Source: Takakia lepidozioides (lineage: Eukaryota; Plantae; Bryophyta). Taken from it: a stretch of 64,000 nucleotides of DNA. The translations under genes were made by a program, and so were the position numbers. The DNA lies in NCBI GenBank assembly GCA_030704615.1, contig CM060731.1, positions 72,106,001-72,170,000 of the forward strand, in the 5' to 3' direction. Within the stretch, counting starts at the first letter, position 1. The number at the start of each line of letters is the position of its first letter. The notes beneath the pieces are model-generated. The model saw only the letters and a list, made by a program, of their open reading frames with translations. It had not been told where the DNA came from and did no database searches. Shown one piece after another: positions 25,869 through 37,479 of the stretch.

Positions 25869-28800
25869 TCCTCTAGAAGTTGGGTTGAAATTAACTAGAG
25901 AATAAAGTCCTTAGTCAAAAGAAGAAGTTACTGATCTCATGAAAAACATACAGTATAAATACGGGAGGCCTAGTTTTTGCCATGACATATACATGACCTG
26001 ATATTGCCTATACTGTTACAAGTGCTTCTCAACACTTGAAAAATCCAAGACCACTACATTGGTCAGCAGTTACAAGAATATCTTGCTATTTAAAAGGTAC
26101 AACTAAAACTACAATAAAATACATCAAAGATGTAAATCAACAAGATTTAATGACCTCCGGCTATACTGATGCCGATTGGGCAGGAGACCTTGCTGAAAGA
26201 ATATCTACATCTGCATATGTTTTTATAGTTGTAGGGGGAGCGAAAAGTTGGGCGAGTAAAAGGCAGAGACCTCTACAGCTTCATCTAGAACCAAGTGTAT
26301 GGCCTCTACTTTGGCGTCAAAAAAAGCCATTTGGCTTAGGAGATTAAAGGTGGATTTGGGACATGCACCTCAAACAGCAAATATTCTTCAGTGTGATAAT
26401 CAAAGTGCCATTGCGTTAACAGCGAATCCGAAATATCGTTCTAAATCAAAACATATTGAAATACAGTTCTATTATATAAGAAAAAAAAATCTTAGAGGAA
26501 AATTAGAATTAGAATATTGTTGTACTAGTGAAGAAATGACTGCAGATTTTCTTACTGAAAGTGTATCTGAAGAACAATATTTTATCTAGATTCGTTTCGA
26601 TGCCTTGTCTTCTTGTCCTCTTGTCTTTAATGCTTGAGTGGAAACTTAACAGTGGATAGGTTATAAACCCCGCCACCATGAGTATGAACTTCAGCAAACG
26701 GCTCAACCTCGCAATCCTGAATGACTCACGATAAACCGTGACATACAAGATACTTCCAAAGAAAACACCTGCTCATTTCGACACATTACTAGGGCCCCAA
26801 AAGACCGCTCACATCACTTGATAATGACTGTATCTAGTTTCTATCGGTTTGAGTCGGCAGCCCCAGGAGCGCCCTGCGCATCGATAGCAGGTGGCTGGGC
26901 TTTCGGTTTACCCAATCCTCCATCCTTTGTCCGCTTATTTCTGCCTATGGTGATCTTTAGCTACAAGCACATCTAGGGACGACCTTGAAGAACCTACTAA
27001 CAGCTCAACCATGATTTTTCTATTTTATCGTAGATTTGCAGTTTCACCACACGGAGATACAATCCCAACATTACCATATTGCCAGCTTCAATCAAGTTCT
27101 AAGTGAAGCTGGCCTCACCTTATCAAAACATGCCGTGTATGCTAGTTTAAGCATTCCATAAAATTGGTCCCTCTCTCTCTATCCAGCATTGTGCATCTAC
27201 CGCTTCAATATGCACAAGAACTGTGGCGTTTGGGGAGTACTGAGTTTGCTTACCCTCGTGCATAGACAACCCCAGACCGGATTGATAACTCGCAGGAAAA
27301 ATTGTTCCCTAAAGTCGCAGCCAACTTCGCAGGAACGGCCACTACTGCACAAATGTTTCTCTCTGCCCTTATCCACAGCCTCAGCGCCTCCTCAGCGGCA
27401 GCTCCAATAGGCTCCGGACTGCTTCATACAAACGGGTATTGTTGTCTGACGCAGCTGGCTCTTTACTAAGGAGTTAACTTAAAATGATTTCATCTCTTGG
27501 AACTTGTTGCGGGGTTTCTCGCGGGCCTTACACAAAAACTAGTGAGTACACAGACCCAATGAGGAACGGCCGAGCAAACAAGCCATGCCAGGATGAACAC
27601 CAAATACTGGATCTCTAATCTTCCTCATCTCATACAGCCTCCCTCCCATTCGCAGCCAAGAAAAGACGGGGCCCTGGGCAGAGTCTCTCTCTTCGGCAGT
27701 TGAAGATCGCGGTTCAGTACGCCGCCATCGCTACTACGGCAAGACGTTGGAAACCGAACGTTGGATAGATTGTCACAATGAAAACATCGTTCTTAGATGA
27801 ATGCGTGACACGTCCCCAGGGCCTAACATACAATTATTTTGTATTTTGCAATTTAAGACAGAGAAACTTTTATTCCAAATATATATTCCGCTGTGATATG
27901 CCAATGGTCTAAAAATAGCGGTAGAGTTAATGAGCGAATTTCACAAGTATTTGGTCATTATACGAAGTGGGACCTATATTATTCCCTCAATCTGACTCTT
28001 ATCAATGTATGGATGTTTTAATGGATTGATTAATAGACGACAGTGGCTCCGCTCCCCCTTTTTTTTTTTTTTTTTTTTCTTTTCTTCTTTTTGTTTTTCA
28101 AAGAAAGGGGATGGAAGCCCTAAACTTTATAACAGAGGGACAAAAGCCCAGGGAGTACACAGAGGAAAAAATAACTTCAGTAAACAGTGCACAGACACAC
28201 TGCACACACAGACATATAAAAACATATACACCCCTCTAAATGAAGATGCCACGTTGTGCAAATAAAAATGTATTGATGCACAACTTTCTCAATACTCTAA
28301 AATCACATGTGTCCTCGCGGAATTTAAATATGCAGTCCGCACTTACAGGTAGGAGAAAGAAGAGAAAGAAGACTCCCACCAACGGGACTGTGTAAATACT
28401 AGCCGAACCAAAAAAGACTCCGACCGAATCCGGCGTAAATAAGAGCCCACTGGAAGACTCCTGCCAAAGCCTACGTCCATTTTGGGGAAGTTGTGAATAT
28501 TAGGTAGTTGAACTACACTTTTCCTCCAAAAACAAAAAAAAGTTGACGGTTGCTTTTGAGGTTATCAGAATTTTCAAAAAGGGAATTTAAACAAATCTAT
28601 TGCAAAATATGGATGTGCGCATAGAAGGGTACAAACGTACAAACTTTTCGAAACGTGCGAGACGGTATCAGACATGTTACTTGGGAACAGGATTCTGTTC
28701 GACATGCAGGAGCAGCTGTGGTGCAGCAAACATGGAGGAAAAGCGACAAGCGCAAGCGAGTCTCGCCACAGAAGTTTTTTATTCAAGTGACACTGTAGAT

Positions 28801-29166
28801 GGTAGCAAAGGTTCGTACTTGGAAGCAGATGGGCGGTTTGAGTGAGGAACTAGTAAGTGCAGGCATCGTGGAGACACAAGATGCCTGCCAACTCTAGTTG
28901 TATACATAGTGGGCACGACCATGAGTAGAACAGCCTCTCTCTTCCTGAGAGCTTAGGACCGTGCTATTCTGATCCCTCAGCTGCAAGCTGCAGAGAGGGC
29001 AGAGAGGCGGGAAGGAGCGAAGGCAGCTCAAGCTTGCAGGGGAAGTGAAGATTGGGGTTGGGTTGTCGATCTGAGCAGCAGTACAGAGGGGTCATATTTG
29101 GAGGATTGGAAAGTGTGGATCTATCTCCGTCACCCAGGGGCTAGCTAGTGAAGAGAGGGAGCATTC

Positions 29167-29598
29167 ATGGCAGGCTCACGCATGAGCATGGGGGTGGCGG
29201 CGGTGCTGCTAATTTTGTTAGTAGCTGTACACCCTGTGCAGCAGGCAGCAGCAGAGCCAAATGCGATGGTATCTGGCGCATGGGGACTGCATCCCCGAAA
29301 AGGCCGTTTCTTGCTAAGCAAGACTACCAACACATGCGACCTGCATCCATCGATATGTTTGCAAACTCTCCCAGATGCGAAATCCCGTGCCTGTTGCAAC
29401 AAGAAGTGCGTGGATCTCGACAGCAACATCAGCAACTGTGGGAAGTGTGGCAACGTCTGTTACTTTGGCTTCACCTGCTGCGATGGAAAGTGTGTGGACA
29501 CCAACAACGACAATAAGAACTGTGGAGATTGTGGATTCCGCTGCCTTCAGCCGAAGAAAAATCCGTGTACCTATGGCACTTGCGGTTATGGTGATTGA
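29167..29598 (+). CDS. STIG1-family secreted cysteine-rich protein (143 aa, single exon)
   Basis: Signal peptide, RKGRFL processing-like site, then CCNKKCVDLDSNISNCGKCGNVCYFGFTCCDGKCVDTNNDNKNCGDCG..C..C.YG.CGY. The ORF is intact. Confidence 0.93.
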   Translation: MAGSRMSMGVAAVLLILLVAVHPVQQAAAEPNAMVSGAWGLHPRKGRFLLSKTTNTCDLHPSICLQTLPDAKSRACCNKKCVDLDSNISNCGKCGNVCYFGFTCCDGKCVDTNNDNKNCGDCGFRCLQPKKNPCTYGTCGYGD

Positions 29599-31856
29599 TA
29601 CTGGTCCGGTAATGAGCTAGGTTGGGGGTGCAATGGGATGGCCACACAGTCCACATGATTGATATCTAGTGGATGTTAAAGTTGGGACGCATTTAATATT
29701 ATCTTCGCAGTGGGCAGTTTCGGATGAGCATTGCTTATATACGCTACATTACATCGTTAGTTCGCATGTACGTAGTCTTTTATATACCCCATCCCGTCTC
29801 AAGGTCAACATGCTGGACGTAAGTATTTAAGTCACGACTAATTGCTAAGTATAAGATGGGAGGAGACGACTCGGAGACGAATAGGTCGTGCAGTAGGTGT
29901 TCCTCAGCTGAGCTTCATGAAGTCTCTCCATTTCCTGAAGGTGGTCAGATCAAAAGGCATGTACTAGTTACGACTCGGTACTTCGGTGGGAGATCGGAGA
30001 GAGCTCTACATGGCTGATTTTTCTCACCACATGAACAAATTTATCTAGAATTTATGACTTATAGATTATCACTCCTGCAACGATCTTATATAATAAGTTG
30101 TCATCTTTCAAAGGCTAGAGGACAATTAAGACCCCGGCAGAGCTGCTTAATTTCACATCTCGGGAGTTATTGGGAAACCTTGGTACGTAGGCAAGTTAAG
30201 TGGCAGATCAGAACTCTAGGTGTTGCGGGGATAAGTGCCGAGAGAGTGGATTTCTACACTCTGCAACCCGTAATGCCTGTAAGATGTGCTCACGACTTTT
30301 AATTCAGTAAGTTGAATAAGGTTCCAGATGCTTGTACAATGAATGGATGCAGCCTTTCCTTATGTACTAGCACACCAATTTCTTTGTTGAACTAGCCTTC
30401 AACACAGCGTTCAATCAGCTGGCATCTATCTTGCTCAAGACGCGAGTCGTAGTATTTATAACATATCCAGGATCCACCTTCGAGATGAGCCATCTCCGGC
30501 TGCGTAAGTTACTCAGTACTAACTACCTCAGGATTGCCAATAAGAAACTGACTGGACCCAGAAATTAGAGTATACAGTCGTCCTGATTTCATTCCTAAGT
30601 CGATTCAGGAGTCACCGGGGACGATCATGACTCGCGAATCACGACCTACATTCCAATTTATGCTCAATTATCCTGGTCGCATCTAGAACTGTAACGTCGA
30701 CAGAGTTCCAAGAAATTCAGTTGCAGTCAGTTAACAGAAGTGGCGCTGCTCGTGATGTTGTTATGTGAGAAAATGAATAATAAAGTACGACCAGAAATTT
30801 TTAATCATGCGGCGCTATCAAAGCGAGACCAAAGCAGGGGACATTTATGGGCCTTTTGAGTCACCTCTCAGACTGTACGCTCAAAGTAACGTTCACCGTG
30901 ACGGACTTTGTACATACAAATAGTCATGATCAGAACTTCCATTCAAGGGAGTCTTTAGGGTACGTAGAGTTCTTCCCTGACTTCACATGATCAGCTGATG
31001 AATTGTGCCTGAAAGAAACTAGTCAGTTGACCATCTGGGAAAGGAGATCCGTTCCGCATATGTACACTGCCTTATCCCAGAAAGAAATATTGTACCCATG
31101 AAATGAATTGTCACTTTCCACGATGATTTCCGAAGTATCCATATGTACAAACAGCTGGTCGCCAATTTTCCTCACTAGTCCTGTACTGTGACCACAGGAT
31201 TCTTCTAGGAGCACCTTGTATTTTCTTTCCCGTAAGCAAAATTAGACTTGGACATCAAGCTTTCTTTTGATCCCGAGGGTAAGCCGGAGCTCCGCTACTG
31301 TTATCTTCAACTCTTGGACACCAAGTAGGCCTACTTTCCACAGTCACGAGACGAAGCCATCTCCTTCTGTCACATGGTCCTTCCAGGATTTCGGTCCACG
31401 GTCCATCCAAGAGATGACCACAGGATTTTGATCCGACAGAATATTCTTTAAGGGACAGCCTCCAATGGGCTCGTACTACTGCCCAATCCTCCTCCTATGC
31501 CTGTACTATTCTCCTACTTACACAGCAAAGGCCTCCAGACAACCCCCACCCCCTTCTACAACTCCCCCATGGTGTCACCCTTCTAGCCACCTTTGAACCA
31601 AACTATCTACTATACGAACACAACCTCCCTTCTCCTAAATACCTCTGATGCTTAGAACCCACCACTATGTCACCGTTACTTGTCCAACACACCCATCCCA
31701 CCTCCACGCCCACTACCCTCCTCTCTACCTTACACCACTTACTCGTACGCACATGGGGGATGAAAGTCTCCATTACTCCCAACACACATCATTTTCCCTC
31801 TACATCTTGCTCCTTGCCCACCATGTCCTAGAGTTAACCCTAGCAAGGCCTGGATA

Positions 31857-33128
31857 ATGGCGCTACCGGAAGACAAACGTGATGCTCGTCCACTTCCGAG
31901 AAGACTGTACTTGCAAATGGACAACTCTGTGAAGGACAATAAGAACAGATGGATGCTTGCTTTTCTATCCCTCCTGACCGCCAAAGATGTTTTTGAAGAA
32001 ATCCAGCTAGGGTTCCTAATGGTCGGACACACCCATGAGGACATCGACGGGTTCTTCAGCTACCTTTCGAAGAAGCTGAAGGAACGAAGCACCTACATTC
32101 TTTCGGATTTGATGAGGTCTTTATGACCTCGCAAGATCTGCAGTTCATTCCACAGATTATTCAGGAGGTTCCCGATTTCAAGAATTTTGTCAAGGGCTGT
32201 ATTCTGGATGGAAATGAGGCGTTGGTCGAGATTTCAAAGATGCACGTCTTCCATTTTTTTAAGGATGCGGAGGGCTGGCCCGTCATGAAGTACAAGAAGT
32301 CCGCTACTGATTCGGATTGACTACCAACAAATAATAGCGTGAAGATGTGGAAGTCCAATTCTGACGGGACTCCAAAGCTCCCTGAAGGTGACCCAGACGC
32401 CGTTCCAAGGAGACCTATTTGGGGAGTCGGGGGCGACTCCTCCGAAAAACAGTCATTCATTAAGAATGAAATAAAAAAATACAGGGATTTTTGGACGAAA
32501 TGAATGATGCTTGACGATCATTACAGAGGTCGAATGGAACAATACGACCAGTACTGGAGAAACATTCTCGTCGAGCTGGATAAGCCAATTCCAAAAGCTC
32601 CCGACCGTATTCAGCTTCTTGAGGGATTCTGGCCGAAAACAAATTGGTCCAAGAATCATCACAGAGATGGAATCCATCCACATATATTGCCAGATATGGA
32701 AGAAGAGGATGAAATCCTAGAACCTTACTGTGGCCTGAGGTGTGAGCGACCAACAATATCCCTGAATCCGTTCAAGGATATTGAGAAAGGGTTAGGATCC
32801 TAATTTTAAGAAGATGAAGGTGGAGTGGTGGAGACCGAGAAAATGTGGTAACCCAACAGACTTGGAAAGGTACAGGGACTGTTGGTCAAAACTTTGGGAG
32901 TATAATTCGTCAGATCTTTCTCAATGGATCCACGTGAACAATGTTGTGTGGACAATGCCTCCACGAAAAAATACGACAAGGAATAGCACTAAGAGAATTA
33001 CTGCCGCCAAAGCAGTGAAGGCGCGCGCTAATTTGGAGGAGGCTAATCGTCAGTCAAAAAACGAGTCGTGCAAGCGAGTTCCAGACCAAGGACATATTGT
33101 TGAGGTCAACTCCAGTACTTCGATTTAA
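31857..33128 (+). pseudogene. DUF7869-type putative DDE transposase pseudogene, 5'-truncated
   Basis: LYLQMDNSVKDNKN..LAFLSLL...F..IQLGFLMVGHTHEDIDGFFS motif, continuing through frameshifts to 33128. Confidence 0.7.
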
Positions 33129-33322
33129 GAAATAAATTTTTCTTCTCTATATGGCCCTTCTTGTTTGCGTTGGGGGATCTTTTTTCTTATCTTCTTATGT
33201 CGCACTGAACCTCGAATGTCCAGTGGATGTTCTCGTCCTTTGTTTCTGGTTTGCTGATGCTGGCCTGCTGTACGTCCTGATCAACAAAGATAACCCTGTG
33301 GGGGAGTTTCGCCTACATAACA

Positions 33323-34919
33323 TGTCGCGCACCTCACTTCGGTAAGCTCCCCTTCAAGTCATAGTTACTCGCTTTGATGCGCGCGCCTGACTCCCAACCT
33401 GGCCGCCCGGGCCGACTTGGAGCTTCGGCTGCTCACCGGGACATAACGGTCCCCCTTCACTTCCCTCTCGACCCTCCACCTATTTGGGACTAGGAGAATT
33501 CCCTTTGGTAGATGGCAGTCTGGAACAGCTCCCCACTCTTTGGTCGCTTTCCGGCTCGCTCGCTTACTCACTAGTTTTTGGTCACCAACGGGCTTGCACC
33601 GTTCTCGGGGTTACTACTCCCTATATATACTTCTGTAGCTGTCCGCGGGGGTTTCACAACCAGCCATGCCATTTTATGGCGAACCACCACGAAGACCCTC
33701 GATTCCCGGTGGTGAGTCGCGGTGAGTCTTGGCCCACTCACCGCGGCCCCAATGGACCGTGATGAGTCCCAAGACTCCCCACGACTCCCACCTCGAGGTC
33801 TCCACCCCATGGTGAGTCCTATGCCACCCCAACTAAGTCCCGCTAAGCTACCACCACCCCTTGTGGAGCCACCCCCACCGCAACCCGGTGTGCGGGGCTC
33901 CACCTAGTGAGCGCCTTCGCCTCCTTGAGTGCCTTGGGCACTCAAGGGTGCTTCAGCCCCCGTACCTATCGCTGCTACTGCCCCCACCACAGGGGCAGCC
34001 CCTCTTGTGTCCCGACCCCCCCTGCCCTCAAGGCAAAGGGCCGCGACACACACCCCTACCAACAGGGAGTCGATGTCCTCATCGACTTGTCCATTTTGTA
34101 GAAACGAACATCCAAGTTGTGGCGTCCCACATCAAGGAGTTTGTTTCCGTACCATGGCGTCCCATGGCAAAGAACCAAACCCCACACTTGACTCTACTCT
34201 CCACTAGCTAGTTCGGCCGACTTCCTCCAAGTCCCGGCCAAGGGTGGAGCCTCTCCAGCTCCTCCCAGTGCACTCTTCTTGGCCTACTTCAAGGCCAAGG
34301 AACGATCATCCCCGAGGATCGAATCGCCTTACTGCAACAACATTGCTTGCGACCGCTCATGATGCCGCTTTTGGCATCACCTTGAGCAATGGTTCACCTG
34401 GAACCCTCTTTGACTGGGAAGATAACTTTTAACCAACCGTGCGCCCCAATCACTACAATTGGGTCCGCCTTGGAATGTTGGCCTGAGGTACGGGAACACG
34501 CCGAAGCCGCACTACGACTTCGTCCCGAGGCTACACGATTATAGTACGTGAACGGAGGCACGTAGCTTCCGCGTTAGCCCGCACTACAAGACAACCCCCT
34601 CGGTAGCGCATTTATAGTACGCGCACGCGCCAGGTGCGCACTAGCACGTGAACTCCCAAAGAAGGCGCAAGTTTCCTTGCCCCTTGGATGGGGGTCACCC
34701 GATTTCGGCACTACGCAAACACATGATTAACCCAATCTACCTCTCCCACTTTTATAAGCTAGCATGCATTCTACACACTAGCCAACCATACCATGCATCA
34801 CCATTCCAAACAAAATAGGACGCATAACATTTGGAATCCATTTCATTTATAGCACATTTTGTACAATACAAGTTTTTGCAATCGGATTCCTAAACTAGCT
34901 AAACCGGGCTAAGCATGCA
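33323..34919 (-). repeat. Probable 3' LTR of the chromovirus
   Basis: On the minus strand it starts with TG right after a polypurine tract (GGGGGAGGAAA, 34920-34930). The putative end ..GCGCGACA at 33323 is less certain. Confidence 0.55.
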
Positions 34920-34953
34920 TTTCCTCCCCCACGCTCCAAGGTTGATGTCCCCA

Positions 34954-37373
34954 TCAACACTTCTTCCGCTTTTGAGGTCGCCCTTCGAAAGCTGCGACCG
35001 CCTCGGATGCGTTTCCCATTTCTGAGGCACGCACCCAAGATGCCTCCACATGATGATAGCCCTTCCATTTGACGAGATACTCCGTTTCTCGGTTCTTGAA
35101 CCTCCTTGACTTAAGTATTGCCTCCACCTCGTACTCAGGTTCATTTTCATGATCCAACAGCATAGGTGGCGGACGCAACACTTGATACCGATTCGGACGC
35201 GCTTCATCTTTGAAGTAAGGCTTCAAAAGGGAGACATGGAATACTGGGTGCACCTTGCTGTTTGCCGGCAGCTCCAATTCATACACATCCTCATTCATAA
35301 CCTTCCTAATGCGAAAGGGTCCCGCATACGGAGGTACGAACTTCGGACTTACTTCCGGAGGTAGTCGGAAATTCTTGATGTTCAACCAGACCTCCGTGCC
35401 TGCCTCAAACTTCACTTCCCTCCGCTTCCGATTCGCCTGCCTTTCATACCGTTTCCTAGCTTTGGCAATGTTATACTTTGCGAGCTTCAACAAACGCTCG
35501 CGTTCTTCCAGTACTGCCGCTATTGCCGGTTCCTCAACATCCTGGGCGGCCCAACTTGTCGGCACCAGAGGTGCTTTTCCATAGACCAATACGAAAGGGG
35601 AAACTCCCGTTGCGGAGTGTTCTGTGTTATTATAACAGAACTCTGCCGCGTCTAAGTGTTCCACCCAGTCTGTTTGGTCTGTCGACACGTAATTCCGCAA
35701 GATCTGCTTCACTACGGAATTCACCCTTTCTGTTTGGCCGTCGGTCGTAGGTCGGAAGGCGGTGCTCATCTTCAGCCTCGTCCCCATCTTCTTCCAAAGT
35801 GCTCTCCAGAATTTACTCGTAAATTTTGGATCGCGGTCCGAGACAATATCCTTCGGGACTCCATGATGCTTTAAGACGTGGGCGGAGTAAAGTCGCCCTG
35901 TCTCCTGCGCCGTTGCCGTCTCCTTGGTGGGGATGAAATGGCCCATTTTACTGAACCTATCTACCACCACCATGATTGCATCGAATCCTTTTGACAGAGG
36001 CATAGCAGTCATGAAATCCATCGAGACGCTTTCCCAAGTCCTCTCTGGAATCGGCAAGGGTTGTAACAGCCCCGCTTGCTTTTTGTACTCGCTCCGGTTT
36101 TGTTGGCATGTGGTGCATGTCTTGACATACTCCTCTGCATCCTCCCTCAGTTTGGGCCAGAAATACTCTTTCTTCAAGAGTGCCGCAGTGCGCTTGGCTC
36201 CGCCATGGCCCGCAAGCGGGCTATCATGGCATTATCTCAAGAGGCTATCTCTGATCCCTCCCTTCGGCACGTAGAGACGTTTTTGCTTATACCGGAGCAG
36301 TCCATTTTGCAAGTGGAACTGCGATTTAACCCCCATCCTCAAGTCCTGCATCACGGACTTTGCCAGCTCATCCTTCCGGCAAGCCTTCCGGATCTTCCTT
36401 TGGAGCGTCGTCTCGCCCTTGTACACCAACAAGAGCTGCTGCTTTCTACTTAAAGCATCAGCCACCACGTTGTCTCGTCCCGGTTTGTACTGGATATCCA
36501 CGTCGAACACCGCCAAAGTATCTTGCCACCTAAGTTGTTTTGGGGACAACTTGGGCTGCGTGGCAAAATACTTCACCGTGACATTGTCCGTGAACACCTT
36601 CACTGGGTTGGAACCAACATAGTGGCGCCAGAGCTCAAGGCAATGCACCACCGCCTTCATCTCTTTTTCGTGCGTCGGCCACCGTCGCTCCACTTCATTC
36701 AGTTTCTTACTTTCGTAAGCCACTGGACGTCCATCTTGCATCAGTACACCCCCAATCGCGAAGTCCGACGCATCTGTATGTATCTCGAACGGACGATCGA
36801 ACTCCGGGATTTTCAAGACTGGAGCTTCCGCCATCCGTTGCTTCAATTCAGCAAAAGCTTGGCCACAAAAGGTGTTCCATGCCCAGACTTTAGATTTACA
36901 CAGAAGGTCCGACAGCGGCCCCGCGATCTTGGCGAAATTTCTCACATACTTCCGGTAATAGGAGGCGAGTCCTAGGAAGGAACGCACTCCCGGGACCGAA
37001 GTCGGAGGCTCCCAGTCCAAGATCGCCCTCACCTTTCTGTCATCCATTTTGATCCCACCTGTGTAATCACATGCCCCAAGAACTCCACTTTCTTGACCCC
37101 GAATTCGCACTTTGAAGCTTTGGCATACAGCTTCCCTTCTCGCAATTTTTGGAACACCCTTTTGAGGTGCTCCACGTGCTCCTCCTTTGTTTTCGAGTAC
37201 ACCAAGATGTCGTCGATGTACACGATCACAAAGTCATCCAACCACTCCTGAAAAAGGCTGTTCATCAGCGTGCTAAACGTTGCTGGTGCATTGGTGAGCC
37301 CAAAAGGCATCACCAAGAACTCATATGAACCATACCTTGTCCTGCACGCGGTCTTCTCCTCATCTCCTTCCGC
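34954..37373 (-). mobile_element. Ty3/Gypsy chromovirus pol: RT-RNase H-integrase-chromodomain, 5'-truncated
   Basis: [37 protein letters not shown], the HHCC zinc finger, SMDF, VSDRDPKF, TDGQTERVN, GPF..HPVFHVSLLK and the chromodomain EYEVEAIL..YLVKWKGY. Confidence 0.96.
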
Positions 37374-37479
37374 CACTAGAAAAACACACTGTTTACACAA
37401 GAAAACAACATGAATCCAACAGCATCACTCTTTAAGATAATAGTCGAGCCAGGAGTTGGATCCACAACGTGGGGAGGCA

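Larger units (their letters stand above)
23900..26590 (+). mobile_element. Ty1/Copia RT-RNase H remnant with several nested insertions
   Basis: AIGCKW, KVRLVLKGYT|QFFGVDFQDTFSPVVK, MDIKTAFLHG, LHVDD, GYTDADWAGD, CDNQSAIAL and KSKHIEI. Confidence 0.92.

Noticed and set aside
29148-29656. Alternative-frame and antisense ORFs over the STIG1 gene
   Set aside because: They are shadows of the real Cys-rich CDS.
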